From Anaerolinea sp. (GTDB lineage Bacteria; Chloroflexota; Anaerolineae; Anaerolineales; UBA4823): a stretch of DNA of 49,381 nucleotides. The number at the start of each line of letters is the position of its first letter. Positions within the stretch are counted from its first letter, which is position 1. Of this stretch, positions 25,558 through 33,527 are shown piece after piece. The stretch is taken from positions 1-49,381 of the forward strand of contig DYKV01000004.1 of the NCBI GenBank assembly GCA_020722415.1, given 5' to 3'. A program made the position numbers and the translations under genes. The notes beneath the pieces were generated by a model. It did not search any database and was not told the origin of the DNA. It saw only the letters and a list, made by a program, of their open reading frames with translations.

Positions 25558-26576
25558 GGGCCGTCAGAGCCGTCACGCACAACAGGGAGAATCCCTCCGG
25601 AGTGAACTTCGGACAAGGATGCGTCTCTTAGTGTCTCCCCTCTCACAACGGCTGTCTCCATTCTCACAAAATCCAGAGACTGCCCCCGCACAACAAGTTT
25701 AGTTTTAGCATCAAAACTTTTCTCTTGGAAAAATGTCCCGTAAGATTGAATAGGTATTATTGGTCCACTTATAAAATCCGAGAAAAGGCCTGCTAACTTC
25801 TTGTCTGGTTGTGCTGAGTTGAGCACGAAGGTAGCTGAGCCACCTTCCCCTCTGTTAGCGGCACCAAGAAGAGCATTAAAAACATCTCGATAGTTTTTAA
25901 AAACAGCTTCGTGCTTATTGAAGAATAAAAGTGTGGGCTCTATTAAAATAACCATTTGATTAGGCTGTTGCCAAGGGTTAAGGCACAGGCTGCTTGGACT
26001 ACATACTAGATGAGAAAAGACGGGTAATTCTAACAGAAAATCTCTTATGGCAGACGGCCCGGTCCCCTCTCTCTCGAAAATATCACCGCCGTCTATGTCC
26101 CCCAGCATAACTACATTTGGAGATAAGCCCGACAAATCGTATATGGCGCTGCTCAGGGCCATAGCCTGGAAGGGGCTGTCTGCACAAAATATATGTACGT
26201 TATCAGGCCTTGATAAGTTAATATAATTCCAAGTGTTTAAAATTCTTTCAGCTGCCCGTCCACAGTCCTCTCTAAATGGCAAGGAAAAATGCATTCTATC
26301 TTTTAAGAAAGATATGGCGACGGAAGTACTAAAATCTGCTTCATCTGGGAAAAGGTCGCAGACTTCCTGCATCCTCGGCATTCTCAGTGCCGAATACCCA
26401 ACCACATACAGCCTAATAAAATCGCTCAGAAATCTCAAGGATGGATGTTTTTCCAGCTCATCACCAAAAGAATTACGCAGGCTATCCTCGCATGATTTCG
26501 TGAAGGACTTCGTGGCAGCTTCGGCTTGGGACTTAACTATTTCTCGAACGTCATTTACCAAGAGCAACTTTCGCAT
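25545..26576 (-). CDS. Orphan reverse-oriented protein inside the baseplate module (function unknown)
   Basis: 343 aa from the ATG at 26576 with RBS AGGAG. It is the only minus-strand gene within 5.6-29.3 kb. Its 3' end overlaps the PAAR gene convergently by 13 nt. Confidence 0.7.
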   Translation of the reverse strand: MRKLLLVNDVREIVKSQAEAATKSFTKSCEDSLRNSFGDELEKHPSLRFLSDFIRLYVVGYSALRMPRMQEVCDLFPDEADFSTSVAISFLKDRMHFSLPFREDCGRAAERILNTWNYINLSRPDNVHIFCADSPFQAMALSSAIYDLSGLSPNVVMLGDIDGGDIFEREGTGPSAIRDFLLELPVFSHLVCSPSSLCLNPWQQPNQMVILIEPTLLFFNKHEAVFKNYRDVFNALLGAANRGEGGSATFVLNSAQPDKKLAGLFSDFISGPIIPIQSYGTFFQEKSFDAKTKLVVRGQSLDFVRMETAVVRGETLRDASLSEVHSGGILPVVRDGSDGPYSE

Positions 26577-26595
26577 AATAAACACTCCTGTTTAA

Positions 26596-26620
26596 GTACT
26601 AATTATAAGCCTTATAACAT
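26596..26620. promoter_or_regulatory. Palindromic TATAAG element in a divergent intergenic region
   Basis: TTATAAG-C-CTTATAA, a perfect 7-bp inverted repeat at 26603-26617. The minus strand reads ATGTTATAAGGCTTATAATTAGTAC upstream of the orphan gene. The + strand carries TATAAG 68 nt before the 26677 ATG. Confidence 0.4.
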
Positions 26621-26676
26621 AATTTGTTGATATATGTGCGAGTTTGCGCTATAAATATTATAGGAGAATTATTACT

Positions 26677-28353
26677 ATGGCAGTTGGTTTAGTTCCAGAA
26701 GTACTTGAAGTAAAGGGCCTGTTGGATGGAAGGCTCAAGTCACTGAGCTATGTTAAAAAGACCATGTTGATGAATAGCAGCGCTGCTGAGTACGTGCTAA
26801 ATGCCTTCATAGACAGCAGTCTGTCCTTCATGTCCATCGCCGGCAGTACTGAGAAAGAATTCGTAAAGCAAGAACTAGAAAAGATTCAAAATTTAAGCAT
26901 ATCACCTATCCCAGTTAGCGAAATAGAAGGTCACCCCGCTATTGCAGTTATGCATAATAAGTTTAAGAGCATATCAGCGGCTGTGTTCAGCAGTGATTAC
27001 CTGCCTGCTTTTTTTAGAAACATAGTTGCAGAGGGCTGTGCTGAATCCGCGAATAATGGACTGGGATTCATCAACAATATTCTAAGTTTAAAAGGCAAAA
27101 TACAGCAGCATGCAGCTGAAATTGGGCAATATCTACAAGTATTAGAGAATACGCCTTCTAAAGATTTGCCTCAGAAAATAATAGAGAATGGCCCTGGTAT
27201 TATTGCCGCTGCCGAAGGCATGTACTTATCCACAGTTAAAGTTTTTAATGGCATGAAAAACAAGAACGCCGTGAGCGAGAACTTAGTAAATCAAGTAATG
27301 GCTAACGCAGATAATTTATTAGATTTAATAGGCACTGAAGGTGTAAAGAACCCGGCACTGTCCGCGGCAAATATCAATAGCTACTTGACTATGGTCGATG
27401 AAATTTCTTATCAAGAGCATGACTTGAAAAGCTACGCCAGAAACTTACTTACTATGGATAGTGAATTTAAAAACTTAGATTTGGGCAAGATATTCAATGA
27501 CAATTTTAAAAGTTTGCTTGGTAACGGCAACCAAGTGCTTGCCATGTCCAGAAGTATAGTAGATGCAGCTAAGTCTGGAAATATCACTGCCATGAGCCAG
27601 ACTGTCAGAACTATAATGTCTGGGGTAAGTGCGTTAAAAGGTCAGCTGGGTCAGCTAAAGCAAAATAATTTAAAAAACATATTTAATCTAGATACGATCT
27701 TGCAAACAGACTTTAATGGTCTTAAAAATATGGCCGAAAATTTCATAAATAGTTTCCCAAACGAAATCATGCGCAGCTTCAAAGCAGACGTTCAAGCCAT
27801 CGTAGGCATTACAAATCAGCTACTAATGCCGCTGACTTTGACAAACGCCAAGCGTCGGCCAAAATCCCAAGACATAATAGACATCGCGACTAGAATCGGA
27901 ACTAAGGGTGATACGATCACGAGCCATACAACAAATTTTATAAATGGTCTCACAGGCTTTAGTAAAAGCACAAGTGTAGCTGCAGCTACGGCTGTAGATG
28001 CTCTTAAAAAAGTAGCCCCCACACCAGTAAAAATGCTTGCGTTAGGCAACGTCAGTACTTTTAAAAAAGTCTTTGATAACCCGATGCTTTTAACTAAGAT
28101 TGGCGTTTGCCAAGAAGCCATAAGCAAAGCCATGAAAGATGATAAAATCACAAACACACAGGCAGGGTTACTAAATTCTATACTTGGATTTGTTTCCGGC
28201 GAGCACGAACGTGAAATCCAGACTAGTGTGACGTGTGACACGGATCTTCAGAAATCTATGGCAGTGCAGGGGTTGGATTCGATTATCGAAAACGAAATCG
28301 TCCCGATGCAGCTTACGTTGGAAAAATACATAAAGGCTACGGGGGATAGATAA
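26677..28353 (+). CDS. Hypothetical helical structural-module protein
   Basis: ATG at 26677 with RBS TAGGAG; 558 aa. Confidence 0.65.
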   Translation: MAVGLVPEVLEVKGLLDGRLKSLSYVKKTMLMNSSAAEYVLNAFIDSSLSFMSIAGSTEKEFVKQELEKIQNLSISPIPVSEIEGHPAIAVMHNKFKSISAAVFSSDYLPAFFRNIVAEGCAESANNGLGFINNILSLKGKIQQHAAEIGQYLQVLENTPSKDLPQKIIENGPGIIAAAEGMYLSTVKVFNGMKNKNAVSENLVNQVMANADNLLDLIGTEGVKNPALSAANINSYLTMVDEISYQEHDLKSYARNLLTMDSEFKNLDLGKIFNDNFKSLLGNGNQVLAMSRSIVDAAKSGNITAMSQTVRTIMSGVSALKGQLGQLKQNNLKNIFNLDTILQTDFNGLKNMAENFINSFPNEIMRSFKADVQAIVGITNQLLMPLTLTNAKRRPKSQDIIDIATRIGTKGDTITSHTTNFINGLTGFSKSTSVAAATAVDALKKVAPTPVKMLALGNVSTFKKVFDNPMLLTKIGVCQEAISKAMKDDKITNTQAGLLNSILGFVSGEHEREIQTSVTCDTDLQKSMAVQGLDSIIENEIVPMQLTLEKYIKATGDR

Positions 28354-28358
28354 ATAAA

Positions 28359-28796
28359 ATGCCAGACTTAAATATCTTGCGCATAGACGAAACTACTAGA
28401 CGAGTAACCTGGGGACTTAACTTATTGCCAGCCAAAAATAAAGGTATCGAACTTTTAGTGCAATTAGCAGCTAAGACGATCCTGACTACTTCCGGGCAAG
28501 ATTATTTAAGACCTGAGTACGGCGGCAATATATTAAGCTTGGCCGGACGAAGCTTAAACAAACGAGATATCCCCAGGCTAAATGCAGACATAGCCTACAT
28601 AGTCAGAACCACTGAAGAGCAGATCTTAAAAGAACAGGTCGACAAGCTCATCACTATCGACGAGCGACTAAAAAAACTAACGCTATTAAACATAGACATA
28701 AGCTTTATCACCGGCGAGATAATAATAGAAACTCTAGTTGAAAATGAAGCCGGGCATACAAGTAGATTTTATTTTGATGCCAGCATGCGGGTGTGA
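28359..28796 (+). CDS. Baseplate wedge protein, gp25/GPW-like
   Basis: 145 aa. IELLVQLAAKTILTTSGQDYLRPEYGGNILSL.. and the C-terminal beta segment are collinear with the GPW_gp25 pattern. Confidence 0.6.
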   Translation: MPDLNILRIDETTRRVTWGLNLLPAKNKGIELLVQLAAKTILTTSGQDYLRPEYGGNILSLAGRSLNKRDIPRLNADIAYIVRTTEEQILKEQVDKLITIDERLKKLTLLNIDISFITGEIIIETLVENEAGHTSRFYFDASMRV

Positions 28797-28797
28797 T

Positions 28798-29340
28798 ATG
28801 TCTTATCTAAGCATGGCTATCGCCAATTATATTCTCAAGAAAAGCAAAGAAAAAAATGCCAAAATAAGTAAAAGCAAGTTGCAGAATATTATCATATCTG
28901 CACACTTAGATTACTTAAAAAAATTTGGCAAGCCCCTAATAAGCGAAAAAATAAATCTGATGCACTTTGGGTTTATCATACCTAGCATTAGTGAATACTT
29001 CGGCATACTAAAATACGACGAGGACATAAACGCCAGGAATTACACCAAATGTGAGGAGGCCTGTAAAGTCGGACTTAGAAAAATAATCTTGGGCAATAGT
29101 GTCTCAGATCCACTAGAGTTAAGAGCATTGACAGACTTTCTCGATGAAAAAATAGCTGAGTTCTCTGAGTTAAGCACCAGGGAGAGTATTGTGAGGAATA
29201 TAAAACCTGGAAGCGTCTGGCATCAGATAGCATTCAGGGGCCTAAAAGGCAATCACTTGATAGAAGACTTTACCGAAGTAAGCAATAAATTTCTAATCGC
29301 CGTCCTCGATGGGCTCAGGGATAGTCTCGCAGTTAATTAA
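28798..29340 (+). CDS. Panacea/DUF4065 (SocA/GepA-like antitoxin-type) domain protein
   Basis: ATG at 28798. MAIANYILKKSKEKNAKISKSKLQNIIISAHLDYLKKFGKPLISEKINLMHFGFIIPSISEYF is collinear with the DUF4065 consensus (VANYFL...T.LKLQKLLYYAQGW.L...G.PLF.E.IEAW..GPV.PSVY..F). Confidence 0.6.
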   Translation: MSYLSMAIANYILKKSKEKNAKISKSKLQNIIISAHLDYLKKFGKPLISEKINLMHFGFIIPSISEYFGILKYDEDINARNYTKCEEACKVGLRKIILGNSVSDPLELRALTDFLDEKIAEFSELSTRESIVRNIKPGSVWHQIAFRGLKGNHLIEDFTEVSNKFLIAVLDGLRDSLAVN

Positions 29341-29487
29341 CGCCTGACATGTGTCTTCTGGACAAAGCTCATGGCTGTCTTCCCATATTTTTTTAACAAA
29401 AGCATGCCAGCGATTACATGACAGACATCCGCGTATCCTAGGGGCATCTGGGTCTGATTTTTTATTTTTATTTTTCTTTTTTGCCAA
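29293..29487 (-). CDS. Small Lys-rich / Cys-His-rich protein
   Basis: 64 aa from a TTG start with a weak RBS. MAKKKNKNKK.. then CLSCNRWH...HELCPEDTC..C. The last gene of the minus-strand operon. It overlaps the Panacea gene end by 48 nt. Confidence 0.4.
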   Translation of the reverse strand: MAKKKNKNKKSDPDAPRIRGCLSCNRWHAFVKKIWEDSHELCPEDTCQALINCETIPEPIEDGD

Positions 29488-29495
29488 AATAGGAC

Positions 29496-29990
29496 CTAGG
29501 CCATAGCTTTTAGTTTATATGGATTCACTCTTCGATTGCCATTTGCTCTGAATACACGTGCGAAACTCTCTGACGGCGCCGGTGCAATATTCGGAATTAA
29601 AGTTGTAAGTCCGGCACCAGCTTCCGGGGACATAGAACCTAGCCACGACGGGACCGAGCCGCCGCGAAGAAAGTAACTTAATTGGCCGAGTTCAGGTCGG
29701 TTAGCACCGGTACCACGGATAATGCTGTCTTCCAGCATTTTAGCCTCTTGGATGGCTGCCATATAATTTTTATTAGCAGGATCTAACGATCTAGCCATAA
29801 TTTTATTGTATTTATCCATGACGGCTATGTGCTCTGGGGTAGGAGACACTCGCCCTTTAACCCCGAATGGTGTGAGTCTTCCAGCGTTGGTCATGGCGTT
29901 TCTGTACGCGTCTAGTTTATATTTTAGAGAAATGGCCTGCTTTTCCGCGGCCAGTTTGTTCACACTATTTGCAAGTTTTTCACGTAACAT
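29496..29990 (-). CDS. Hypothetical protein
   Basis: 164-aa ORF that starts 3 nt after the sigma gene stop. Confidence 0.6.
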   Translation of the reverse strand: MLREKLANSVNKLAAEKQAISLKYKLDAYRNAMTNAGRLTPFGVKGRVSPTPEHIAVMDKYNKIMARSLDPANKNYMAAIQEAKMLEDSIIRGTGANRPELGQLSYFLRGGSVPSWLGSMSPEAGAGLTTLIPNIAPAPSESFARVFRANGNRRVNPYKLKAMA

Positions 29991-29992
29991 TA

Positions 29993-30700
29993 TTAATACA
30001 TCTTTCCGCTTTCCAAGCGATATCTTAGTAATTTATCGGCTATGCGATTTTTAAGCTGCGAAATTCTACTAGGACTAATATTTAGTTTAACTGCAATGTC
30101 ACCGGGGCCTAGAGTCTCTTTACCGTTCATGCCATATAGATACTCTAAGATCTCCCGATCGCGGCCTTCTAGCTCGCCCCATAAGAGCCAAAGTGTATCG
30201 TCGTAAGTCGTGTAGCTTCGGTAAAAATCATCCCTATGAAAGCCAGATGCCAAGTCCTGTCGATTTTCTTGCATTAGCAATTTAACATCAGAGACGGGGA
30301 TGCCAGTATGATCTGCTATTTCTGTTTCAGTTGCCGGCCTGCCAAATTTTTCAGAAAGCTCTGTTTTAGCACGGTTAACTGCCCCGATATAAACGATGCG
30401 ACTCTCGGGTATTTTTCCAATATTCTGATGCTTGTAAACGTATCGATTTAGGGGCTTTAATTGCCAAGTTAGATACGTATTTAACTGTGTTTTGTTAGGA
30501 TCGTAGCTATCGAAACTGTTTATTGCTAAATTTATGGCATGCGCCTCTAACGCAGATCTTGGAATATTATTCGTACTGAGCTTATTAACTTGAGTTTGTA
30601 TAATTGGGTTGACTTGTTTAACTAAGGCTTCCAAGTTTTGATCAGTCTTATCAGCCTTCCAGGTCTGCCACAGCTGCAAATCCTTATTGTAATCCGTCAT
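29993..30700 (-). CDS. Sigma-70 family RNA polymerase sigma factor (SigF/FliA-like, regions 2-4)
   Basis: LVKQVNPIIQTQVNK..AINLAINSFDSYDP.K.QLNTYLTWQLK (region 2). GRPATETEIADHTGIPVSDV (region 3). GPGDIAVKLNISPSRISQLKNRIADKL (region 4 HTH). Confidence 0.85.
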   Translation of the reverse strand: MTDYNKDLQLWQTWKADKTDQNLEALVKQVNPIIQTQVNKLSTNNIPRSALEAHAINLAINSFDSYDPNKTQLNTYLTWQLKPLNRYVYKHQNIGKIPESRIVYIGAVNRAKTELSEKFGRPATETEIADHTGIPVSDVKLLMQENRQDLASGFHRDDFYRSYTTYDDTLWLLWGELEGRDREILEYLYGMNGKETLGPGDIAVKLNISPSRISQLKNRIADKLLRYRLESGKMY

Positions 30701-30864
30701 TTGTAATAACCAACTCCATTTATAACCCCATCATCGGCAATCTCGTTCCAAAAAGCTCTTCTCACGTCGTCATCGAGAGACCCGCTAGGGTAGTCCCATC
30801 TCACAGGAACATTTTGGCCCGGATTTGCCAGGTTAACCAGTACTTCGTTATCACCTGTAAGATT

Positions 30865-31110
30865 TCACCGCTTCCACTGGGGCATCGGGCGACCTCCTGC
30901 TCTAGCTGCCAAAGCGGACTCTCTCACCTCCGTGAGGATACTATTTATCTCCGTAGAGGCTGGGTTGAGCCTGCCTGACAAACCTCTTACGGCGGAAATC
31001 AGAACATTCGACGGATGGCTGAAATAATCTAACCCGCGACTTTCAAGAAACTTCTTGGGGTTTAGCCTAGCCAAGTCTAGGCTTGCTTGCTGTAAACTAG
31101 TCAACGGCAT
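30865..31110 (-). CDS. Hypothetical protein (ends at a TGA followed by an in-frame open extension)
   Basis: 81-aa ORF with RBS AGGGGG. See the finding on 30697-31110. Confidence 0.6.
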   Translation of the reverse strand: MPLTSLQQASLDLARLNPKKFLESRGLDYFSHPSNVLISAVRGLSGRLNPASTEINSILTEVRESALAARAGGRPMPQWKR

Positions 31111-31114
31111 CCCC

Positions 31115-31480
31115 CTATCTGACTGCGTTCATAAGCCTTGATAGCTGTTTGTTTCTTCTGCGAAAATCGACAGCAGGTCTGGGATCCAGCACATCTAGTA
31201 GAGTTTTATTTCGGTTTTGATCGCGCTGTAAGTCATTGTTGTACTCGTCGGCCTTGGTGTTAGCAAAGGTAGTCTGCCCAAGTACGTTATCTCTAACAGA
31301 CGGGGCGACTGGGCTGAGTCCAGTAATAGTGCCTGCGTTTCTAGCGGTTGATGCTATTGTAGGAATGGCCAAGCCTGTCAGGCCCAGCGTGGCCAGTAGT
31401 GCTTTTTCCCGCCCAGACAGAGCTATCTTCCCGGTCGCCCGCACATTCACGTCATGAGCTAGTTTTTCCATTATGTGCAT
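31115..31480 (-). CDS. Hypothetical protein with a central hydrophobic segment
   Basis: ATG at 31480 with RBS AAGGAG. ALLATLGLTGLAIPTIAS segment. Confidence 0.6.
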   Translation of the reverse strand: MHIMEKLAHDVNVRATGKIALSGREKALLATLGLTGLAIPTIASTARNAGTITGLSPVAPSVRDNVLGQTTFANTKADEYNNDLQRDQNRNKTLLDVLDPRPAVDFRRRNKQLSRLMNAVR

Positions 31481-31499
31481 TTTTGTTCTCCTTAACTTA

Positions 31500-33515
31500 T
31501 CAATCGTAACTGTCCCCAATTACGCCGTAAATCGTCTTGACATACTCTAAGACCGGCAGCTGCCTATCTGACTCTATTGTAGTCGGACTCATGTCTAAAG
31601 TATAGCCTGAAAATCTATAATTATCAAGTAGTTGTCCGGTGTATATAAGCACGCCTTTGTCCGAAGTAGCTTGCGTGTTACTAACCCCCAGCATTTTAAA
31701 CACAGACGCCTCGGTTTCAAAAAATCTCTGGGTTAATTTTGCTGCCATGTAAGACTTAAGTTCGCAGGTTAAATATTTTTCGTATAAGTACTTATACGCT
31801 TCTTTTATTTTACCAGGCATGCCCGCGCTACTAGACATGCTGTGACAGCCGAAATACGCAGCATATATGCTATCTATGTTTTCTGGCTTGTAGCTAGCGT
31901 CGTACCAATGTGGATGTCTTAAAACTATGTCGTCTAGATATTCTACTTGAGAAAAGTTTACCGAGGTGCTGACACTGGCAGCGGAAATGTCATGTGTAAT
32001 CGAAGTGATTTTGCCAACTAATGGTGTGTATTTGTCAAATAAAACAGCCTTTTGGCCAGGAATTAAATTATAAGAGAATTTCAGTTGCGCGGACATGTTT
32101 TTGTGAACGTCTTTTATTAAATAAAATTGCTGTTCAGTTAAATCGTACTGTGACGCCTGATCAGACGACACGATTGCATAATCCGGACTAGGGGCTGTGA
32201 CTAAAGTTCTCGGCCCAGTATACTCTTCGCCTTCTATTAGCAGAGTCTGCATCTTATTTAAGCTAGTCTTTTTGTCCTGAGGAACAGTGACGTCCCTTAT
32301 GTTAAATACTGGGGGGTATGCTGACACCAAAGCAACACTTATTTGTTTAGTGCTATTCTGACTGCTCTGGGGGACTTGGTCTGACGGAATATATCCGTCT
32401 TCGGCCTTAGTAATCAGGCGAGTTATTTTATTACCGTCCATGTCAGTAAAATTAATCGAGATTATCTCTGAGGGGAAGAGCATATTGCATGTTGGGATGT
32501 CGCTGGCCATGTACACGGGCTGTATTAACATACCTCCCTCGAATAAGCCAGGTATCTCCCAACACTCTGAATTAAATAAGTTAAGCAGCACACTTGCCAA
32601 GCTGCTTAACTGAGATACACTGCTCATGGTTTGATTTATAACTTGGCTGACGTATTTATGCATTTTATTGCGCTTTGCATCATCCTGAGCTATATAATTG
32701 GCCCATGTAGCCGGAAATTCGTTTATATATCTGTCTAGCTTAAGTCGGTGTGAGTACGCGACCTGGTAGACTGGGCTAGAGGATTGACATGCATCTTTTA
32801 TGATGGCATCTAGTCCATCTTTTAAGATGTTTGGATTTTCCAAAGATCTGACGATCTGTTTTTTGGCAGGCTTCGGCGTAGTCACATCGTTAGATGCCGG
32901 TGTCGCCGGATTAGCTGACGAATTAGTCTCTGTAGTTATGACGCCATCTTCAGCAGAGCCAGATGCTACTTTTTTTTCGTTTAAATCCTGAAAATACGGG
33001 GCTTTTTCCGGGATTGATTCTTCGGCCACTTCCCCAGGTACTTGACTAGGGTTAAAAATACCGGCCAGACCGGTCCCCCCGGCTCTGGTGTCATCCACAG
33101 TTGCTGCCCTAACGGCCGTCTTAGTCACTATTCTGTTTAACTCTCCCACAAAATCTCTGGAAAAAACTGAACCGAGCATAATTGATTTTAGCAGTCCAAA
33201 TCTATTATGGCATACAAGCGTATAGCCCCGGTCACCCCCAGACTGTGCTATAGCCTTGCCGGCAACATAGCCAGTAAATAGAAGCTTAAAGTTCCCTGCA
33301 CCTTGATGTTCTGGATCTGAACCAACAATTCCGGATTGCTTAAAAAATATGTGTACTAGCGTGCTGGTTTTTATGTTTTTAAAATTCGTACTCGGGAACA
33401 TCTGAATGGCTGCCGTGGCATCTGCGCCCTGGTATGTGAGCCTGGCCGACACAAAAGGCGTCTGGATGCCTTCTAAGTAAAGCTTAAACTCAAAACCATC
33501 GGAAACAACATTCAT
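31500..33515 (-). CDS. Baseplate hub-like / distal tail protein (tentative)
   Basis: 671 aa with RBS AAAGGTGA. It sits two genes downstream of the tape measure, after the LAS-peptidase tail protein. The N-terminus FEFKLYLEGIQTPFVSARLTYQ.. is reminiscent of gpD/gp44-type hub proteins. Confidence 0.4.
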   Translation of the reverse strand: MNVVSDGFEFKLYLEGIQTPFVSARLTYQGADATAAIQMFPSTNFKNIKTSTLVHIFFKQSGIVGSDPEHQGAGNFKLLFTGYVAGKAIAQSGGDRGYTLVCHNRFGLLKSIMLGSVFSRDFVGELNRIVTKTAVRAATVDDTRAGGTGLAGIFNPSQVPGEVAEESIPEKAPYFQDLNEKKVASGSAEDGVITTETNSSANPATPASNDVTTPKPAKKQIVRSLENPNILKDGLDAIIKDACQSSSPVYQVAYSHRLKLDRYINEFPATWANYIAQDDAKRNKMHKYVSQVINQTMSSVSQLSSLASVLLNLFNSECWEIPGLFEGGMLIQPVYMASDIPTCNMLFPSEIISINFTDMDGNKITRLITKAEDGYIPSDQVPQSSQNSTKQISVALVSAYPPVFNIRDVTVPQDKKTSLNKMQTLLIEGEEYTGPRTLVTAPSPDYAIVSSDQASQYDLTEQQFYLIKDVHKNMSAQLKFSYNLIPGQKAVLFDKYTPLVGKITSITHDISAASVSTSVNFSQVEYLDDIVLRHPHWYDASYKPENIDSIYAAYFGCHSMSSSAGMPGKIKEAYKYLYEKYLTCELKSYMAAKLTQRFFETEASVFKMLGVSNTQATSDKGVLIYTGQLLDNYRFSGYTLDMSPTTIESDRQLPVLEYVKTIYGVIGDSYD

Positions 33516-33527
33516 AACTCATCACCT

